Source: Catajapyx aquilonaris (taxonomy: Eukaryota). Taken from it: a DNA stretch of 59,244 nucleotides. The position numbers were made by a program, and so were the translations under genes. The notes under the pieces were generated by a model. That model searched no databases. It saw only the letters and a list, made by a program, of their open reading frames with translations, and had not been told where the DNA came from. Positions within the stretch are counted from its first letter, which is position 1; each line of letters starts with the position of its first letter. Shown one piece after another: positions 52,074-59,244 of this stretch. The stretch spans positions 1 to 59,244 of the forward strand of contig KZ538610.1 of NCBI GenBank assembly GCA_000934665.2, written 5' to 3'.

Positions 52074-52446
52074 GCTACATGCAAAAATAGGGTCCGCCAT
52101 CTTTTATTCGCGCGTGTTCTTGCCACGTAGTTGCCGCATGGCCGCCAAAACCATCAAAGATGGCGGACCATATTTTTGCCTGTACCATATTTATACCTCG
52201 TTGGCGTTCCCCACACTTCAAAATGGCCGCCAGCCTTGGCAACGGCCCCAAACAGAGAGACGCGAACATCAAAGGCGCCGACAGAAGTTTGCCCCTCTTA
52301 TGTAGTATATGCTCCCTGGTCCAACACTGTACATAAGTTTGGGATAACCTTTTTATTGCGACCAGACTGCAGCCAGGTCGTGTCACGACCCACTACCGTC
52401 CGTTAGTGAGGGACGTCACAATATCCACCTTGCTCGCCAGCAACGA

Positions 52447-52519
52447 GCTCTCATAGCTCAGCAAGTAGAGCAATAGCCTACGCAGCCGGAGGTCCCAGGT
52501 TCGACTCCTGGTGAGGGCA
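52447..52519 (+). pseudogene. tRNA-like sequence (Arg-ACG-like), pseudo-tRNA or SINE head
   Basis: Acceptor stem GCTCTCA/TGAGGGC, D stem GCTC/GAGC, T arm CCAGG-TTCGACT-CCTGG and loop CTACGCA. The anticodon stem ATAGC/GCCGG is mispaired and there is no oligo-T terminator right after it. Confidence 0.7.
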
Positions 52520-52599
52520 CGTGCTGGCCTTCTTACAGCTGGAGTGTAGTCGTGATATGTGTGTAGATGTACAGTATTGGAGGAGGGAGGTAGGGTAGT

Positions 52600-52850
52600 G
52601 TTTTGTGGGGGTAGTCCCCTAGGAGCCATTTGGAGTCTGGCGATGGTTCCGTAGAGAGCGATCGACCAAGAACGACGTGCTGCGCCTGGTCTCCATTTGA
52701 GCGGGGTGGCGGGTATGGCGGGCGGTGGGGGCCACGGAGTTTATGGCTTTTTGAGGGTGAGGTAGAGTGGGTGCCGGCATCGAGCAACAAGTTGGATGGA
52801 CCCACTGGCGCCTGCTTGGGACGATTGGCACATATCTGGGATAAATACAC
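52600..52850 (-). pseudogene. Possible very decayed LINE fragment
   Basis: SPSKSH...PPPRSNGDQAQHVVLGRSL loosely matches NPSKS...PPL.LNG..I....YLG..LD. Confidence 0.25.
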
Positions 52851-55800
52851 TCCACTATAGGCCTCTCAAATAATTCCGATCTGTGGGGGCTGGAATTTGC
52901 ATACCCTCAGCACCGGGGTGGGCTGGTGGGAATCGGCAGCCTAAAACAATATATATAGCACCCGCTCTGATGATGTGGAGTTATCGATTTTGGAAGAAAC
53001 CGAATAGTTGCTGGGGATACTACTATAATAATGCGTGTACTGTGGATGGCAGTAGAGCAGCCGCAGTTGGAAACATGCGGAATAAGTTGGCCGCAGGATA
53101 CAACCACACTTCAAAGGAGCACAAAGTTGGGGAGGGGGGGGGGGGGGNGGGCAAAGTTGCGGAAATGGTCCCAAATCAGCCAAAGGGCGGCGCCACTGGG
53201 CAGTCGGTTGATGGATAGTATCGACTTTGGATGTCGTACTGGAGGAAACGGTATAGGAATGGAGGATCGGAGGCTTTTACGACATTAAAAATTTAGCAGT
53301 TTTGTTCAGCACCTGACTGTATAGGAAGAGTGTTTCAAGGCCTATAGGTTCCACAGGTCTTGATAATACATAGGTCTACTGGAAACGGATACTGGTATAG
53401 TGAGGGAAATGGACCATTGACTATTGCAGACCCGAGTGTTAAAATAAATAAATAACTTATTACTAAAATGTTAATGGACTTTACACGTTATAGGCACGTT
53501 CGATAAAATTATATGGTAGATTTAGTATAGCTAATGGGAATTTCGGGGCAAACAGCAGGGGGCTACCCCACAGGGGTTTCAGTTCTGATGCACACTTGTG
53601 TATGTAATGTGGAAAGAAGGGGGGTGTGAGGGACGGCTCATCTCAAACATGCCATAAAATCAGGGGAGCCTATCCTATGCCCTGCGGGTCACTTTTGGCC
53701 CCCGGGGCATTCAGCCATGGCCGCACTAAAATTCAGCTGTTTGGAAAATTACAGGCATCAAATTATATGAGGGTTTGTAAACACTGTTACATTTTGTGTG
53801 CTATTTAGGTTTTGCGCTTTCCTTTTCGTTGCGGCAGATACGAATGATATCAAACCTCTCTTTCCTCCAATTGAAGAGCTTCTAAGAACAATGAGACGTC
53901 ATTTATTCAAGGTAACATTTCAAGGCAGGAAGACTCTACGAAAAAAAGATCTCTGAGGGGTTTGAGGAAATGTGGAACAAAAAGTTCCATATGAGGTTAT
54001 AAAATCCACTCTAGCAGTGTCAAGGCCATACTGTATAGTAATTGCTTTAGGCATATTGACTTACAGTTTTTAACCTGGTTTCCATAAATAGGACCAAGAT
54101 ATTTTGATTTTACATTTTGGGCTACGATTTCACAACAGGAGACCCCGCACTTTTTACCTACTTTCCTGCTGAAGGATATGCGTGGATCCGCTGGGAAGGA
54201 AGGTTAGGTCATTGGGTAGGTTGGCGGCCACTTTCGGTCACATTTTGACCAAATGAATGGGCAAACCACAGTTTGGATAGCAATTTATCATCAACAGGGC
54301 ATGTCACATCCTATTGTGAATGAACTGTATAAACATAGTAATTCCGATAGAATCATATGCTCCACCTGTATCTGTAAATCGGCTATGCCAAGGGCGACTG
54401 TCACATCAAATTCTCATAAGTTACGAAATGACGCGTGCTCGCTTGCCCTTGTGCCATAGATTTAATCAGTGCTTTAATTTGTATCGCGTACGAGCCAGGA
54501 GTTCAGCGCCATTCATTCGAGTCCATTCAGAGTATACGCTTCCTTTATCAATAGGCGTATATTACTATCAGAACAACTTGAAACTCTACGTAGAACGACT
54601 TTATGAAAGGAGCTTGTCACTCCAATGGGTAATTGGAGCATTCCGGGATCCGGTTTTTAAAATGAACAAATTTTATCTGGTAATTAAGCCAAATTTATTG
54701 TGGAAATTAAGCCGATTATTCGGCATTTTTGCAATCGGAAAATTATATCGAAGTAGGAAAAATTAATCGATATGGGACGCCGATTGTGTTACGTTAATAA
54801 TTACAAGAATATCAAAGCCTGCACTGCCCGAAGCGGTTGGGTAAAGAATCTGCAGGCTGCTTTTGTGAGCATGGAAATAACATGGTCTGGTATTTTGGCA
54901 TCGGATTAGGTTGTAGAGAGGCACTTGTGTGGTGTGGGCGCTTGTGCCGGGAAATAATTCAATTATTTGCGGAAAGCCTGCGTTAATAAGTAAAAAGAGC
55001 AACCGAGCGGCGGGGGAACAATGTGTAGAATACCTACCTGGATTCTAGTTATTTCCATGTTGCTTTTTATGCAAGACTGTGTGGGCCCAACTGAAATACA
55101 GTGTTTGTAAACATGACAATTACGTGCCAATTTGGTGTCGGTATTTGGAGTCATGGATGAAAAATTATGAGATACTGTACAAAGTACAAAGCACAGAGGG
55201 GGATGAGTGTGTGCTTAGGTGAACCGAGTAACTCTCGTGCCTGCGAGCTACATCGTGGACACTGGACAAGGGAATTCGCATTTCCTTGCTTGCAGAACGG
55301 ATTTATTTCAGTGGACTACGTCGGAAAGTGGTTTAGATCAGGCCAACACGTCCTTGAGAGATGCTCGAGTTTCCTGACCCGTGGGCCAATTTACACACCA
55401 AAGTTCTAGTTTCCTCTAGATGTGCGACTAGCCCCCCCGATATTGCGTATGATGAGTCTGTGGGTACCGTCCAAGCTGTCCATGAACTGTTTGAGAGCAT
55501 AGCAAACTCCAGCTCGGTTTGCCTAGGACTATACCACATCTACTGAGAGCCATCTAATGATATATTATCACTTGTAGTATCTAACAAGTATTTGAAGTAT
55601 TGCGCAGTTCGTTTTTTGGGTCCTTACAACTGATCTCTACTAGTGAAAAGAATGTATTTAGGACTAGCATTTTAACGACCATAAGCTCCTCTCTGTAGAC
55701 CCGGAAAATCGGGTGTCAGTTGAAGCCGCACCTCATGCTCTGCCGCTCTAAATCTGATCCCGGTAGTTACATGATAACTGGTGGCACATGGGTTTAGCTC

Positions 55801-55899
55801 ACATCCGTATCGGTAAAAAGTAATGTGATTTAATTTCTGAAACACACTGTACTGACATCTAAGATTAATTCATATGTCGAAACTACAGCTATCATGAGA

Positions 55900-56227
55900 C
55901 TAGGCACCAACTTGCCAAAATTTGGCGAAAAATTAGGCAAAAGTGCGACGGTGAAGTGCAGAAGTAAGAGAGTCACGACCAGTGGTGGTGACCAAGCTGG
56001 TGGCGCCCTGAGCGGCGGTATTGGGAATTCCGTCGAACAGCCTCCGTCGCATTGTGTGTGTGTGCGTTTTTTACGTTTTATAAATTCCCTGGGCACTATT
56101 TTTTTTTTTAAAAAAAAGGTTGTTTGCAAATATAGAAAACGCGGGCAAAATTTTGACATAACTACCAATTCGTAGGCCGTACGGTGCTGGAGGAGTTTAC
56201 ATCACAGTCTGGTATTAATAATATATA
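55900..56227 (-). mobile_element. Non-autonomous Helitron, copy 1
   Basis: On the minus strand it starts A|TATATATTATTAATACC and ends with hairpin GCCAA-ATT-TTGGC then AAGTTGGTGC-CTAG|T. No TSD. Homologous to 57662-58012. Confidence 0.75.
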
Positions 56228-57661
56228 TTTCACTCTAAAGCATGTTTACGGAAGCGAAATAAACGTAGCGTAGTTGTTTTCCCGTAGCCGCGCTATTGAT
56301 TGTTGCGGGACTCTACATTATTTTTATTACGCGCACATCTTTACAGTGCAACTAGCTGTACAATATCAGAAATTGATCGATATTTTTGGGCGAGAACAGG
56401 GCCGTGTTTCTAATGAATGCTATTGACATACGCGGTAATGAAGTATGAATGGCTTGAAGTACTCACACAACATCCACTATTTACATTAGGTTAATCTCTC
56501 CCTATGGGTCAGGCTTAAAGCTATGGTTACAGTATGAGGGATTGGCATGCTTTAAAGTGCTGATTTTTTTAAAACAGTTACATTACGTGATTTTTTTCCG
56601 CGTTGAATTATGGATATACTGTAGATTTAGAGAAATGAAGGATGAACTTGATCAGGGGACCGGTATCTTTCAACATAGCACCGGTTCATTAGATAAGCGA
56701 AATTCCACGTGATGCTGAGTACTGTAATGAAATGGAGAATCTTCACATTCTTCTCTGTCTATATAGTGTGCTTGACGTTTTGTTTTCGTGGGACTAAATG
56801 TCCGTATCATCTGGGCACGAACAGAGGTCCCGCACATTTGAGGTCGGATTCACAGAAGGGCGGAAGTGAGATCTGGAGTGACGGAAATAAGATTTTGGCG
56901 GATTTCTAGTCCCAAACTCTCCGCCAGAGGCTGTGGCGCTGGCTCTACGTATTCAATTTTTGGAGAAAAAAGAGGAAAAGTTCGGTGAAAGAGGGGCGGA
57001 TATAGGGCGGATTTGAAAAGGTGGATCTACATGAATGCGACCCCTGGTGCTGCTTTGTATGAAGTTTGATGTAATTTTGCCAAGATTGATCAGGGAAACT
57101 TTGAAATGGCCAGTATGAGCATTAGGAATTAAGGAAAATCATTCTTTGGTTTTGAGTGTACTCAAAATGAGCCTGCACTCTCTTATGATTATTACTTGTT
57201 CGACCTTCGTGCAGCTGGTGTGTCATATGAAATATTGACACTATGTATAGTAGCCTATCACTGTATATTCATTCTGGTCATTATTTCTCACCATCATTCC
57301 AGTAACACAACTTGATTCACACTCCCAAATACAATCAAATTGTCGACAATTGCACGTGTATCACAAAACCCGGAGAGTAATCGATACTATTTACTGTTGT
57401 TAGACGAGTATAGCAGTAGCTTTTAACTCATTCACTTCACTTTGTTCTAACAACAGATTTCAAACCAGCTCCCAGGATTTCCTAAAATGTCAACGAATGT
57501 TCTGTCCGTGACAGTGTCATTAATTACTTTTCCTCCAAGTTCATTCAATTTAATTTGACTCCTTACATTATGTTTTTGGTCATGTTGTTTTGCGTCTTAG
57601 CATAGTATAGGCAGAATTCTCATGCCTTGGTCTGAACTCTGCTGGAGGTATGGAAGGACTA

Positions 57662-58012
57662 TCTATATTATTAATACCCGACTGTTCCCACAACTCCTCC
57701 CGCACCGTACGGCCTACAGCATTGGGAGTGGTGTCAAAATTTACCCCGTGTTTTATATATTTGTAATAAACATTTTTTTTTGGAAATAGTGTCCAGGGAA
57801 TTTTTAAAACGTAAAAAACTCCGACCGCGACCTTTCCACGGAATTCCCATTTCCGCCGTTCCGGGCGCGGGGCGCCACCTCCTGGATGGCGGCTCGCTTA
57901 CTTCTGCACCGTCTTACTTCGGCACTTCACCGTCGGATGTCGCTGCCTGGTGCGCATCTCTTTCTCTCTCCATTTTCGCAATTTTGCCTAATTTTGGCAA
58001 GTTGGCGCCTAG
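57662..58012 (+). mobile_element. Non-autonomous Helitron, copy 2
   Basis: 5' end A|TCTATATTATTAATA, 3' hairpin TTGCC-TAATTTT-GGCAA about 8 nt before CTAG|T. These are the canonical Helitron termini with insertion between A and T. Confidence 0.82.
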
Positions 58013-58252
58013 TAAACATTATAATGCAACTGCACTCTGAGAAAGAATGAGCATTACTGTGCCATCCTACAATAAAGATTCCATAGGACGGTTGTCCTGG
58101 ACCACCGTGTTCTGGACACTCCCATCAGTTAGTACGTTATTCACCTTGTGAATGTGGTACTCTGGGTTGTCAATCGTTATCTGTCATGTCCAACTAAGAA
58201 CCATGGAGTTTTCCAAACGTGGCATAACCTATCGGTATTCCACCGGTGATTA

Positions 58253-59164
58253 CGGCCAGTCCCCGACTTAGGGAAGCGTATCGTTCCACAACATTATATG
58301 CCATTTGAATTTTACACAATTCGGACTCTGTTTTTAATTATCACGAGTACTGTACCTTATACATCGACACTGGAGTCAGTAATATCGAGTGGGTTTCCTT
58401 ATTTAGTCACCTCCTGAAAGTTCCTTCCAAAGTGTTTCGCAGTGATTATACGATGAGAAGTTGCCACACATCGATGTCGCTGTAGAACTGGGTGAAATGC
58501 CTAAAAATCCGTCTGGCTGTTAATCTGTTATTACACTGATACATCAAAGACATCCCACTCCATTGAAAATGGGAACGAAATTTGGCAAAGACATGGTCAA
58601 TGATAGACTAATCCCAACAGTTTCCTTTTATTATACAGAATAGTCACAGTAAAAGACAAGTTTCGAATGTGACTTTTCAAAGTTGATTTTTCTGCCACTG
58701 CTATACATAGTACACAGTAATGTACGATTTACCGTACGTATGATGATTATAGCAAATCAAGTTGGTTAAAATGTGTTCTCACTTTACAACTCCAGTGCTA
58801 GAGAATATAGGTTAAGGAAATTTTTCCGGCATTGTAATATATTATTTTGTGTGTGGCCGAGAGCATGGAGAGCAAGTATAAGCCGGTATTGGCGGGTGTA
58901 TAATTGTGCAGCCAAAAGTTTCTGACTAGAATGTTGGTTTTTTTTCCCGGGGACATTCTGTGTTGTGTCTGACATTTCAAAAATGTTAGTTATCTATACT
59001 CAAAAATACGCCAAAATTGCGGTAGAATGGTCCCTGCTCCGTTCTTTTACTGTACGACTATTTATATGATTGTAATGTGGACTAAATGTGAAAAGTAAAA
59101 TATATAGGTCCCCGACTTACGTATGTTGCGGAACGATCCACTTACGTAAGTCGGGGACTGGCCG
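58253..59164. mobile_element. pogo/Tigger-like non-autonomous DNA transposon (~910 bp)
   Basis: TA|CGGCCAGTCCCCGACTTA ... TAAGTCGGGGACTGGCCG|TA, with a subterminal palindrome gtccccgacttacgta...tacgtaagtcggggac. No intact transposase ORF. Confidence 0.8.
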
Positions 59165-59210
59165 TATAATGTAGTATAATTCATAAGTGACACACAGTTA
59201 TTAATGTGAC

Positions 59211-59244
59211 CAGTGACGTAGCCAGGATTTCAGTTCGGGGGGGG
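59211..59244. mobile_element. Left end of another hAT-type MITE, cut off by the window end
   Basis: CAGTGACGTAGCCAGGATTTT...GGGGGGG resembles the left end at 11067 (CAGTGGCGCACCCAGGATTTT...GGGGG). Confidence 0.55.

Noticed and set aside
52447..52519. Functional tRNA-Arg gene
   Set aside because: The anticodon stem is mispaired, the D-loop GG is absent and there is no oligo-T terminator.
10074..52990. Hammerhead ribozyme cores at scattered CTGATGA sites (near 10075, 16050, 17557, 45149, 47771, 52967)
   Set aside because: None shows a stem II followed by GAAA with closing stems I and III.

Overview
This is eukaryotic, probably arthropod, draft-assembly DNA with four N-gaps next to poly-G/C runs. 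It is almost all intronic or intergenic. The only well-supported host gene is a NOL4/NOL4L (nucleolar protein 4) homologue on the + strand, seen as two phase-0 coding exons (27531-27668 and 30850-31248) plus one speculative 96-nt exon (40804-40899). I could not find its N-terminal or C-terminal exons, so the gene probably extends beyond both ends of the window. The rest is a layered set of mobile elements: five tRNA-derived SINE copies with readable TSDs (three related families), two tRNA-like heads, hAT/Tc1-pogo/Harbinger/MULE-type MITEs (several nested or paired), two short Helitrons, heavily decayed LINE RT and Gypsy pol fragments, a minisatellite and a 202-bp direct/inverted repeat block. 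Nearly all ORFs in the supplied track are spurious. I see no prokaryote-type system. The most interesting signals are the modular SINE families, the integrase-like HHCC finger in NOL4, an (AAT)25 tract at a splice acceptor, and a possible alternative NOL4 exon. All alignments were done by eye, and family assignments rest on recalled motifs rather than database searches.
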